A DNA stretch of 64,000 nt from Yuukianura sp. NJ FZ-2021 (taxonomy: Eukaryota): positions 8,618,001 to 8,682,000 of the forward strand of contig CM102284.1 of assembly GCA_046563655.1 (NCBI GenBank), read 5' to 3'. The position numbers were made by a program, and so were the translations under genes. The notes under the pieces were generated by a model. The model saw only the letters and a program-made list of their open reading frames with translations. It was not told where the DNA came from and ran no database searches. Positions 1-16,658 of this stretch are shown piece by piece (position 1 is the first letter of the stretch; each line of letters begins with the position of its first letter).

Positions 1-263
1 TTTCTAAAATGAGAAAGCATGTGTCTGAATTCATAAAGTTGCATTGTCAAAATAAAATCTAGGAACTATGATGCATAAGGTTTATTTTTCAAAATTTCAC
101 AAAATTTTGAATGTTAGTATTTGCATTTTTTTGCCAAATTATGTGTAAGGATTATTTGCAGAAGAGATGTTGGCGGAGTACTATGGATGGAGTTGAGTCG
201 TGATTTGTACTAGCTGTGGAAATGATCGTGACCTCCAAGTTCCAGTTTTGAAAGAGTCTTTTG

Positions 264-459
264 CATGGGGAGATAGGCGAGAGAGCAGAAAAGTAGATCG
301 GAGATTATACGAAGCGAAGAGGCGACATAGGGCTATTTCTCTCCTTTGCTTTTTGTATGGGAAGGGAAGTGCGGGGGAAAGGATAGGGAAGGGAGTGTAG
401 CCTTCCTGCTTCGCATAATCTCCTCTCAACTTTTCCTCTCTTCTGCCTATCCCCCAATG
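264..459. mobile_element. Small MITE-like inverted-repeat element
   Basis: Left arm catggggagataggcgagagagcagaaaagtagatcggagattatacgaagc is an imperfect reverse complement of right arm gcttcgcataatctcctctcaacttttcctctcttctgcctatcccccaatg; no coding capacity. Confidence 0.65.
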
Positions 460-462
460 TTA

Positions 463-2331
463 AGCCCAATTTATACTCGCGGTTTTGCCGGGAAATTTCC
501 CTGGCAACGAATGGGGAACGCAATTTATACTTTTTTCCCTCAATCAGTCTGGTACCTTCGCATTCTGAAGCGACCAAATCGCTTCTGGGAGCGACCATGG
601 GTCGCTCGAGGCTGCGACTAAAACGCTTCCAGGAGCGACCGCTTGCGAGAGCCATCTGTTGATTTTGCTACCAAAGCACGGAAAGTCGCTACTGGAAGCG
701 ACCGGTCGCAAATTTCCTTGAAAAGCGCTGTTGCCTATATTTACTGTGCAGTTTTACATTCAAACCCCATTTTATACGTTTTATACTGATTAAAATCACA
801 TTTTCCATTTTTGGTATATACAATTTTAAACGGATTTTTATCACAAGAATAATTTATGATAGAATAAATTTTAGTGGACATGTGCCATGCTCGACTAAGA
901 TGTGTTCATCTTCTTCACGGAATGATGAATTCGAGCGTTAATTTAAATATACTCCACTTGGTTTCAGCCATGATTTAAACCATGGTGTAAACCAATTGGT
1001 TCAGAACATATGAACCCTGAGTGGACATAGGAGTCCTTTATATTAAAATTTTTAACTTGTGAGATTTAACTAATACTTTAACACAGGGGACGTAAAATAC
1101 CGTATTTTTCGGATGTATTATACCGCATTATACGTATAACTGTATAATACGTATTATACATTCTGAATGTATTTACCAGTGAGACACTATAAAAAATACG
1201 AGTATTATACCACGTATTATACGAATGATACAGACTACTTGCACTGCTTCAACATACAAAAGATAGTAAAGGGTAACATGTCTTGTTAATAATTAGTTGA
1301 TCTAAAATGTATTTTAGTTAAACTTACACTAATGTGTTTTAGGAATTTGTTCTGTATGAATTATTTCACTTATTTGAACATTGGATTAATTCAGGTTATA
1401 ATGAGAAATTAACGCATTACAACGTTGCCGATCTGTTCCCTGGTTTTAATTCTCTGGTCGCACCAGGCAGCGACCCGGCCTACTCTAGCTGCGACCTGCT
1501 CCACTTCCCTTCACTTTTTTGAGAATATCTCGGAAACTGCTTAAGCAATCGAAGTCTAAATTACTGATTAAAAAACTAGACAAAATTTCCTAAATCGTGG
1601 TACCCTGCTTATGCAAAATAAACGCCTCAAACAGCGAAAATTCGGGATTTGAAAACGGTTTTTTGAATAACTTTGTAACCGGTCCGAAGGGCAAGAAACC
1701 CCACGGTGAAAATTTAAAAAAAGTAATTTTCTTTCGAATAAATCAAAAAACTCAAACTTTCACCGGTGGGAAATACGTCCTAAACACGAAAAACTACAAA
1801 GTCGCTTCCACTTGCGACTTTTCCTATCCTGGCTGCGACTAGGTCGCTTTCAGCTGCGACTAGTCGCTTCGGGGAGCGACTTTTCGATTTGCGACTCGGT
1901 CGCGCCAGGCTGCGAAGGTGCCACAGTGTCAATGGCAAACCGTTTCCTGGGAGACGAGAGGGAAACGGATTTCTGGGGAAAACAATTTATGCTTTTCCGT
2001 AACTTTGTCTTCTCCTCTCATTTTCCAAAGTTGAACTCAATCCTACTTTTTCCCCGGGAAAGGGATGATTCAGAGATTGACTGGCTGATTCAGAGAGTTG
2101 TCATGGCGATTTTCTACTTTTTTCTCTAGACTATCAACTCCCACAGATTTTTCCTCTACCAATTTATACTTTCTCCAAGACAAAGGTCAAAATTTGTGTT
2201 TGAAAATCCATGGAAATTGTTCAGGAAGAGTTGACGGGAAAAGTATAAATTGAGAAAGGCCAAACAAATTCCCAACGCAACTTTTCCCAGCTTTTGTCCT
2301 CGGAAAAAGGAAAAAAAGTATAAATTGGGCT
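463..2331. mobile_element. Non-autonomous PIF/Harbinger-type DNA transposon (~1.87 kb)
   Basis: Perfect TIRs AGCCCAATTTATAC / GTATAAATTGGGCT; 3-bp TSD TTA (460-462, 2332-2334). The empty site aatg-TTA-aacttc survives intact in the adjacent tandem unit near 2490. Confidence 0.8.
545..1928. mobile_element. Non-autonomous Transib-type element nested in the Harbinger-type element
   Basis: 18-bp imperfect TIRs CAGTCTGGTACCTTCGCA / TGCGAAGGTGCCACAGTG; 5-bp TSD TCAAT (540-544, 1929-1933); many subterminal GCGACC/GGTCGC repeats; no transposase ORF. Confidence 0.72.
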
Positions 2332-2777
2332 TTAAACTTCAGTTCAAAATCAGAGTGGGTGACAAGGGTGGTGTGCAGTAACTCCTACTCCAACCACACA
2401 AATTCAGAGGGTAAGGATAGGGAAGGGAGTGTAGCCTTCCTGCTTCGCATAATCTCCTCTCAACTTTTCCTCTCTTCTGCCTATCCCCCAATGTTAAACT
2501 TCAGTTCAAAATCAGAGTGGGTGACAAGGGTGGTGTGCAGTAACTCCTACTCCAACCACACAAATTCAGAGGGTAAGGATAGGGAAGGGAGTGTAGCCTT
2601 CCTGCTTCGCATAATCTCCTCTCAACTTTTCCTCTCTTCTGCCTATCCCCCAATGCTAAACTTCAGTTCAAAATCAGAGTGGGTGACAAGGGTGGTGTGC
2701 AGTAACTCCTACTCCAACCACAAAAATTCAGAGGGTAAGGATAGGGAAGGGAGTGTAGCCTTCCTGCTTCGCATAAC
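2332..2777. repeat. 162-bp tandem repeat (~2.7 copies) containing the right arm of the 264-459 MITE
   Basis: Near-identical units start at ~2334, 2496 and 2658; the 54-aa periodicity of ORF 2359-2811 reflects this. Confidence 0.95.
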
Positions 2778-3081
2778 ACAAATTCAGAGGGTGACATGGA
2801 TTGTGCAGTGACTGCTTCAACGACCACATAAATTAATTCAAACACTAATTTGTAATATTTTCCCGCGAAAAGAAATAGAGAAACTAGCCGGACTTCAGCA
2901 GCTGTTTTCACGTTAATCAATGGAAAACATATTTGAAAGCGATTGTTTTGTGTCTTAAACTTCTTTAGTTTGTTTAAAGGTCATCGATAAGTCAGACGAG
3001 ATACCGTAAGTACACTTGAATCTCTTTATTGCGTCCAGAAACAGTGGACTTGACCTCTTTCTTTAGTTTGCAGATTGAACG

Positions 3082-6000
3082 ATGATGGCCAAATCCACTT
3101 TAACTAAATACAAGGACAAAATAGCGTTGTACGAAGATCCGAACAACCCACTGGCTCCACTGACACTGAGTCAAGAAAAGTACTTGCAGCAATTGATTCA
3201 CTCCCAGCATCAGCGACCAATTCCAGCACATTTGAAACCCATTCCACATCTTCCTACCGTCCAAGTTATCGACAAATCAATTCCAAACGTCGATTGGAAC
3301 AAGTTCAACTTCAAGTCACAGGAAGAGGCAAGCTTAATTTTAATTCCTGTCATCCATCAACCCAAAGTGACTCTGAGCATTATTGATTTTGTACTTTTAG
3401 TTTTCCATTTGGTTCCAAGAGGTGGAGAAGGATTTGGAAGAGGATGAAGATGGAGAAGTGCTGGAGTATTTGGGAGCTCTTCGACTGGCAAAAGAGTCCA
3501 CTGGCCAACTGCTGGACCATGTCACGACTTCCCTCGATCAACTCAGAACTCTCCAGGACAATTATTACTTTGTATCCAACAAAACCAATTCCATTCACAA
3601 CAGTTGCCAACAGTTGATCCAGGAACAGGTCAGTTTTTGTCAGTAATTGACGCCGATCACTTCAAAAATACGATTATTTCACTAATTGATTAATGAAATT
3701 TTCAGGGTCGGCTGGAAAGCGTGTCATCTGAAATGGAATCCCACCTCAGCTATTTCCTGAAGCTGGACAGAATCGCTGCCAAGCTCAGTTCCCCTTCACT
3801 CATCATCACTTCAGATGGATTCTTTGCTATGCTAGAACAAATTGACTCTTGTCTTTCCTTTATGGTCCACAACGTAAGCGCAAAGTCCCTAGTTTTTAAA
3901 ATTAGAATCATGCTTTTAAATGATAATAAAATGTGTTGTTTGAAGCCAAGTTTCAAAGAGTCGGCTACTTTTACTGCCAAGTACAAGCATTGCCTGCATC
4001 GAGCGATTTCGCTTATAAAGGCCCATGTCACACGGACGCTTCAGGAAACGTCTGCAGAAATCCGATCCGGGGTTCAATCCGAAGGAGTTTCCAAAGACAA
4101 GCTGTTTCCTCTCATCTACGGAAAGTTTTCTGCAAGCATTGCCAAATTGAAACGCCTCTTCACCGAAGTCGAGGAACGACGGAACGCTTGGCCAGAGTAA
4201 GTTTGAACATTTTTTGAAAAATATTTTCGAACTCATTTTTCGTTTTTTTTTTATAATAGATACGCTGAGCTGTTTGCAGAGGTGCAAGAGTCCTTTTTCC
4301 GCGAGCGACAGTCTCTTTTAGACGGGAGTATTCGCGGGATCGTTGAGGAACTGAACCACAAGGGGAAGCTGGGTCATGACCTCTGCTCCACCGTCAGAAT
4401 CGGAGCTTCCTTTTGTATTCATTTGTCTCAAGATGAGTTTCGACTCTACGGAGACTTCTTCTCCCCCTCCATTACTCCGCACTTTGAGTAACAATTGTAC
4501 TAACTCTCTTTTGTTCAATTCCAAAAGTGTATTTCTGTAATGATTGTTTTAGTTGGTTTTTGGAGCGACTGTGCACTCCAATCTACGACACCCTGAGGCC
4601 TCTCATAATCAAAGTCCAACATCTGGAGACATTAGCAGAGCTGTGCCACATCTTCCGAACAGAACTCATCGACCAACAAGCGACGGGGAACCCATGTAAG
4701 CAATAATGGACGCCAAATGAAATTTCCTCCTCTCCAAATTACGAAAAGAAACTGGGGAAATGTAATGGATTTCTTGAATTGAGGCTCTCAGTGGGACTCC
4801 CTCCCCCAGGAATCTCTCTAATGACACTCATTACACTCATCTCTCATCTCCACTTAATTCCCCCACTCAATTACTTTTCAAATCCACTTCAGCCGCAATT
4901 CAATTCACTTTCTCCTTTCTCCGCAGTGGGTCTCTCTTCTTTTCTTGGAATTCTCCACCAACTCCTCCAAGATACGCAGGAGAGACTCGTCTACCGAGCT
5001 TCCATCTACATCAACACGGACATCAGGAACTTCTGTCCAGCAGAAGGAGACTTGGCCTATCCTGGAAAACTGGAGATGATGGAGGACATTGCGGTGGGAC
5101 TGGGCCCACAGGGTGGGGCACTCAGAAGATCCAACTCACAAATTTCACTTGCTTCCACAACATCTCTCGAAGTGGCTCACATCAACAGTCAAGCATCTCA
5201 ACAAATTCAGATTCCGAGACCCTTGAAACAAGCGAGTGAGTTCACTGCGGAATAAAGTTTTTAAGAATTTGGATTCGGATGAAAATGAATGTGCTTTTCA
5301 GCGATTGTGATGAAAATGGGTGTGTTTTTCAGCGTCTCCGGCTGACCTGCATGGAATGTGGTACCCCAGCGTCAGAAGGACGCTTCTGTGTCTGTCCAAA
5401 CTGAACCGATCGCTGGACAAGGCCATTTTCCAGGGACTTTCTCAAGAAGCGTTGTCTGCCTGCATTGCGAATCTGTCGTCTGCTGCTGCTGGAATTTCCG
5501 TTCGGAGCACTCTGGTGGATGCTCAACTGTTTGAAATCAAGCATCTTCTTATCCTCAGGGAACAAATTGCTCCGTTCCAGGTCGATTTCTCAGTCAGAGA
5601 AACTTCACTGGATTTCAGCAGAGTCAAAGTGGCAGGTATGCACAGGAATGAAAATTTTCAAAAATAATTTTTAAATTTAAAATTTTTTGAAAATTGGATT
5701 GATTTTGGAACTAGCTCTGAGTCTGCTGCAGAAGAAGAAGCAGTTGTTTAGCCTGTCTGGGAACAATGCTCTTCTAGAATTCATCGTTGATGGAACCCCA
5801 CAAGTCAAAGAGTATTTTCTTGATTCGAAGAAGGACGTGGACAGACAACTGAAGAGTACTTGTGAACTCTTCATTGCCCACGCCACGCAACTACTCATCG
5901 CTCCACTCCAAGTCTTTCTCCACAAGGTTCATTTTCATTTCACTTTCACTGATTCAACAAAGGAAAGTGCTCATTAGCCACTATTCAATGATTTTAGGTT

Positions 6001-6393
6001 GGAAAAGTGCAGGAAGCCCAGAAAGAGAAACCGGAGATTCGGCTCAAAGATCAAACTTTTGCCCAGCCTGCTCTCGTGTCAGAGGTCATTCAAGAAACTT
6101 TGGAAAACATCAAGGTCAAACTCCCTTTTCTTCATCGCAGCATGCGGCTCTACCTTGCCAATAGGGAAACTGAATTCATTCTCTTTCGCCCAATCAAGGT
6201 CAGTCTTTTCTAAATTCCCAAATTCCAAAATGTTTAATTTCATTTTGATTTCCAGAACAACGTGCTCAACGGTTTCCTGGAGCTGGAGAACTTGGTGAGT
6301 GTTGGGTATGGTGGGACGGTGGCTTGTCCAGTGCAGGACCATCTCAATGCGTTGTTGTCTTCTCTGCTGATGGCCGACGGTGGGACCACTTGA
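3082..6393 (+). CDS. COG3: Conserved oligomeric Golgi complex subunit 3 (multi-exon)
   Basis: Exon peptides [103 protein letters not shown]; stop TGA 6391-6393. Confidence 0.93.
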
Positions 6394-6924
6394 GTTCTGG
6401 ACATCTCTGCTGGACGTCATATGAAATGGATGGTGGATTTATGGTGGGTTCGTCCAGTGAGTTGTGTGTGTAATAATTCTGTCTCCTGAGCAGGAGAGTG
6501 GTGGTCAGTGGGCGGTCGTGGGAGGGAGTGGATCGTTGAGTGTCGTAAATTAAGGAAGGGCTCTTGAGAGGAGCCCTTATTAAAAGGTCACGATCCTCAA
6601 CCTCCCTCCTCCTGCGTTGTGGGTTTTCCAGGGATTTCAATAAAGAATTGTAAGGAAGAGGGCAATCCAATGAAAAGAAGCAGGAGGCACAGCAGCCCTT
6701 AATTTATTCCCGTTCGGGACACTTCTCTGCTTGAGATTTTTATTTTTATTCCTTCTCTTCGGAATGATGTGGTTTTTGGATATTCTTGATTTCTGGAGAC
6801 TGTAAATCTTGATTTAAATGATCTTCTGTAGCGGTGGAGACGACGGGGGAGAGACTTGTGTAATCAGCAAGATCTCGAGTGGAGAATAGTTGGGGAGAAA
6901 GGTGCTTTCACTTTCCACAATCAT

Positions 6925-7619
6925 CCGTTCTTCATGCTGGATACTTTACTTGGCTTTCCATCTGCAGCCTCCAAATCCAGTATCCTCCTGTCATACGCAC
7001 ATCGTGATTCTGAACAAAAAATTATGAGAATGGATTGATCGACGTCTTGATTTGAGCAGTTTCCAATTGAATTGTACCGTACCCTTGTTTGTACAAATGC
7101 AAAAGTACCCAGACTCCTTGACCAGCCTTGTTCACTTCCTGGACGTAGTTTTGAGCAGTGATTTTATTGGCCAGCTGAGCCTTGATTTCATGAAGACGCT
7201 TCTGACGATACTGCTGTATTATGGCTTCATCCTCTTCGTCTTCAAACTCATCTAATTCATTCAGCGACAACTTGTCCAGATTCACACCTACACAAATAAG
7301 CGACATGCGACATCACAAATACTGGATAGAATACAAAGAGAATCCAATTGTGAAATTAATTTGCCTAACGAACCTCCTGTTCCGCTTCTCTCTTGCACCG
7401 TGGCATCGATCATTCCCAACATTTCGTCTTCAGTGATTTCCTTCTCAGGCTTTCCCTTCTGTGGCAGAATTCCATGATGTCTCAGAGCATCGCTCCATTC
7501 AGTATCTTCAATCTTCATTCGGATTGTGCTAAAAAACATTCACCAATTAATTACTAACCTGAAGTCTCAATTCAACAATCACTAAATACTAGTCAATAAT
7601 TTGGATCCAAACTTACCGT
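6925..7619 (-). pseudogene. PDCL3: Phosducin-like 3 (viaf) pseudogene retaining introns
   Basis: Peptides [54 protein letters not shown]. Lesions: ACG where the ATG is expected (7617-7619), 7-bp duplication 7504-7517 causing a frameshift, stop at 6991-6993 after GITMCV, thioredoxin-like domain mostly missing. Confidence 0.82.
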
Positions 7620-7774
7620 CTTTGTATCGTAGACTAACCGATGCTTGTGGATAGAACTGAACAAACTATCAAACTTAATTACAAACTGATTAATCGTTTA
7701 ATTTCAAAAACGATTAACTTATGAGTAAAACAAATTGCTTCTTTCGAAATAAAATTAAAATGAGAATTTAGAAA

Positions 7775-7792
7775 TTCAAACTTTTTCGCGCC
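7775..7792 (-). promoter_or_regulatory. E2F-type site next to a CHR (TTTGAA) element upstream of the PDCL3 pseudogene
   Basis: Minus strand reads GGCGCGAA-AAAG-TTTGAA. Confidence 0.4.
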
Positions 7793-10700
7793 ATTGCCTC
7801 CCCACCCCGAGAATTAGAAGGGGGGAAAAACAGGGGAGCCTTTTTGAATCGCATAATCTCCGCATAGGTTCCGGCCAAAATCGAGGGTCCACTTTTAGGA
7901 CAACAGTCTGCACGACTTGAAAAATTTCACACAAATCACACTGTGATACAGCAGCAACCGGCACTCACTGTTCTCGTCTTTTCTCCTACCCTAAATTAAA
8001 TTAGTTTTCGCATGGCGTTTTCATACTTTGGATTAAAACTATTTTCTTGTGAAGTTGATAATTGAAGTTGCCTGTGGAGTTTAGTGATTTATGAAGTTGT
8101 AGAGAGGGTGAGTAGTGGAGGGAGAAAGCAGTTTTTGGGTGGATGTTGATTTATGAGTTTGATTGGAGTGGTTGGAGAGTAGGTGTTGATGGATTCTCAC
8201 CTCCACTTCACACTCTGCTTTCTCCTCATGTGGAGGGGGAGGGAGGAGAGCCATTTTGATGGTGGTGGACCACCTCCAGAGATCACAATAATTCCATACA
8301 CGCCCACAAAACACTTCTTTCCCCTCCTTCCATCACGCAATTCTCTACTTTGTTCATTTAATTATAACAAAGTTACATTTAGAACAATTAGATTAGAAAT
8401 GTGAATGAAATTCAGTTAGGAATTGATTATTTTGGGTAATCTTGGCCAAAGAGTAAAGAAATTAGATACAGGATTACTCCCTAAATTAAACTGCGCCAAA
8501 CGATCCAAAGTGAAAGTCAAGGAATGAAAGTGTTCGCTCCCTCCGCTCCTCCAACAATCTTGTTCATCTTTGACTGGATGGAGGTGAACAATTGGAATTG
8601 GAATTGTTATTTAACAATTGAACAATTCCAAGGGAGTAGTAGAGTGCCCTTGAGATTCAAGGGGTCATGGTGTGAAGTTGGCAGGTAATAAGGGCCTCTC
8701 TCTCATGACTAATGGAGACACACGTGGCAACAGATAAGGCATGACAACCTCCATTAGTCATCCTCTGACCTCTGACCTCACAATTCTCCAGAATATAGTG
8801 GAACTCCATGACAAAAGACACTCTACAAAGACTCAAACACAATACCATCATTATTCTCCCCAAAAGAATGTCAAGATCCAACACAAAACAAAAATTCAAC
8901 TGCCAACTCTGCTTTCTCCAAATGAAACTCAAAGGAAAATTTAGTCTCTGACTTTTAGTGTAATTTTTTGTAAGGCTAAAGCTGTTTGAGAAAAAGTAAA
9001 AAGTGTGAATGCAATTGACTGTTTGGATATTGAATGGAACGGTGAATGAATTTTAAAAAGTGGGTTGGAGTCACTGTGGAGTTAATTGCAGAGTAGAGAC
9101 TGTGGGAATTTGAGCTGAACAATGAAAGTCTTTGTTGCTTTCCCCTGAAGATTGTGAGATTGAAATCCTGGACCTTGAATTCCCAGAGAGCGTAGAGTTT
9201 GATCCGTTCATTTCGTCACTTGGAGGGAGTGGCAGGGGACTTGGAGACCGGAAGTAACTTCTGCACTCTGTTATTACGGCCTTTGTATGCTCAGAGTGGA
9301 GTTGAGAGATGACAATTGGATTTGAGTTTCTTATTCTTCGTCTGTAAATGGAGACTCCCTAGGTGGCATTCCATTTTCTTTTATTGGAGTCCGACACAAG
9401 AGGAATTCCTGCGTCTCTGCAGGTATTCTCGATCACTCCTTCCATCCAGGAGGGAATGTCCCAGATCAGGATCTCAAACAGTCAAAGTGACCGAAAGTTG
9501 TGTAGTAGTTGTCGCAGATTAGTTTCCAAAATATTTCCGATCCATTGTGGATTGTGGATTGTGGAAGGTGTGAAGTGGATGAGCGTGTCCGATTCCTTGG
9601 AATGTTTTTTTAATTGAATTTCCACACCTGAGAGGGAAGTTGGAGGTCAGAGGTCAGGAGGAGGAGGGTTGAGCACGTGGTGGACCATAAATCATTTCTG
9701 GCATCTCTATCTCCAACATCACCACACACAATTAATTACACAACAACCAGCCATCGCACACACATTCCACAATTTCACTCTCTCAAAATACTCAAGAGAA
9801 AGTACAACTTTAAAAATCGTTTTTTCCAACTTATGAACATCACTCATTGTTCAGAACAAACTAAAACTTTCGAAATTGAAACTTTCTTGATCATAATCAC
9901 GGGTTTTGGATTTAAACAATATTCTTCCTCTTCCGTTTAGCAATCATTTCAAATTGGCTTTCATTCCAATTCCGACTCTCCTTCCACAAAAGGGCTCACT
10001 TAAAATTAGAAAATTCACAAAAATTATTAACATGAAAATAATGAAAACAAATGGGAGAAATTTTGTCACAAGAATTTTATGTGTGAGAATGCAACATCTC
10101 CTATTTATTTCTGCCACTTCTAAACCAATGTTGTTTAGTCTGTAAATAAATCTACCAGTTTTGTTAAGTTCAAGTTAGGCTATTAGATTGTTTAGAATTT
10201 CGTCGTAACTTGAAAGTTACGTTTTTTGAAAATGTAAATAAAAATTGTCTTGTGTGCAAAAAATTAACATCAGTTTTGAAAAAAAGTAAGAGTGAGTTGC
10301 TTCAGCATCTAATTCTTGCGGGGGTAAACTTTCCAAATGTTTTTAGTATCGTAAACTGGAAATGAAATAATTTTTCAAAAAATTTTCACGCGAAATTTTT
10401 TTTTCGAAGCTCACAAATTTAAATTAAAAAAGAAACATTTTCTAATTTCCCGTCATGCTTTACGACCGTTCGACTGCTTCTTCTAGTCAAATGTCACAAG
10501 AAATTCTTTTTCACTAAAAATAATTCAGTTTAACGTCGTTCGGAAACAAAAGTTAGGCATGAAGGGGATGAAAAAACTAAAAAAAATAATGGGGGATGAG
10601 GGTAGTTTCTTAGGGGGTAGTTTTTGAGTAGAGATAATTTCTTTTTCTTTGTAAAGGGAATTAAAGTTTTACTTTCTACAAATTAAATTTTTGTTTTCAA

Positions 10701-11901
10701 AAGTAGAATAAGATTTGAATTTGGAGCAGAGTCCTCAAAACGAAGTTGAGAAACTGAGCTTTGGTAGTTGCTATGTTTAGACTCTTTGGTTGAGGCTTGG
10801 AATTCCAATTTGAAGTTGTTTAAGCAGTTGGAGACAATGTTTCTGTTTGTGAAATTGAGGATGCTGTTCAAATGTAGAGAATCATGCTGACTCGGGAGAA
10901 AAGAATAAATTGTGGCTACATCTTCCACGATTAATTCGGATGTAAGATGATTGTGAGAGTTGTCCTGCGGAGATGATGGACCGAAAGAGCGGCCATCGCT
11001 TCATGACTCACTGCTTTCAAAGTGTCACTGTTGAGAGGGCTCATTCGTCATCAGAGCCACCACACTTCCGCCCCACTAATGACTATCGACCAGCGACACA
11101 AAGTGACACGGAGTGCGAAACGAAGATTGGAGTAATTGGATTAGCGATGGAAGTTGTCGCAGCAGGGCTCTGCGTCGTCCCAGCACCACCCTGCTCCAGT
11201 TGCGGTGGGGCGGGGAATGGTGGGTCTGGTGGCGTGGATTGGCGGGACTTGAGTCCAATGGCACCAGGACACCAGCCCTCCTCTGGCTCCTGGCCCACCA
11301 ATCCCAGCCAGGGGGTTGATCTGGCATGGACTCAAGTCGAGATGTCCCGGATTCATCGCAGAGAGGAGTCGAGGGGAGACGAGGCAGTTGGACTCCAAAC
11401 GCCTAGACGCCCAGTGCGAGTTCACTGTGAGACGCCGAAGGAGGCACACACTCAAGCAGCTCAAGGGCCACTCAAGGCTCAATTCTACACAATTCCATTT
11501 CCACTTTCTCAGTTTCAACAACACAGAAAAAACAGAAACTCAAAAAGTTCCTTCAGAAGTTTCACAAGTTGAATTGAGTCGTTTCTGCTCTGAATTGAAC
11601 TTGTAAGTACTTGAGCTGTGACCTTTAGTTTAATTCTTCACTTTGTGTCACTTTGACCTCATGTCACAGTGACATGGAACGTATGTGAGAGAGGTAACTG
11701 GAGACGCAGTCCAGATGTTAACTTGTTTGTTGTTCTTTCAGTGACCTCCCGAACTTTACACTTTCCTTCCTTTTAACTTCTCATCCTTAAATCACTGTCT
11801 TTCACTTTCCAATTTTCAAATGAAAAGTGAAATTCAAAAATCAAAAAATTCGGAATAAGTTAGTTTGAGAAAGTAATTTGTACTTTTAGAAATAGGAGAG
11901 G

Positions 11902-16658
<4,757 letters not shown>

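Noticed and set aside
2359-2811. 150-aa ORF with a 54-aa repeat
   Set aside because: By-product of the 162-bp tandem repeat; GTG start and no protein-like features.
6991-6993. In-frame TGA after Cys-Val as possible selenocysteine
   Set aside because: Downstream frame shows no PDCL3 similarity, no SECIS seen, and other lesions indicate decay.
10973-11572. 199-aa ORF upstream of Zic
   Set aside because: No recognisable domain; it spans a GC-rich region with CCAAT boxes and a probable 5' UTR exon (donor ~11603).
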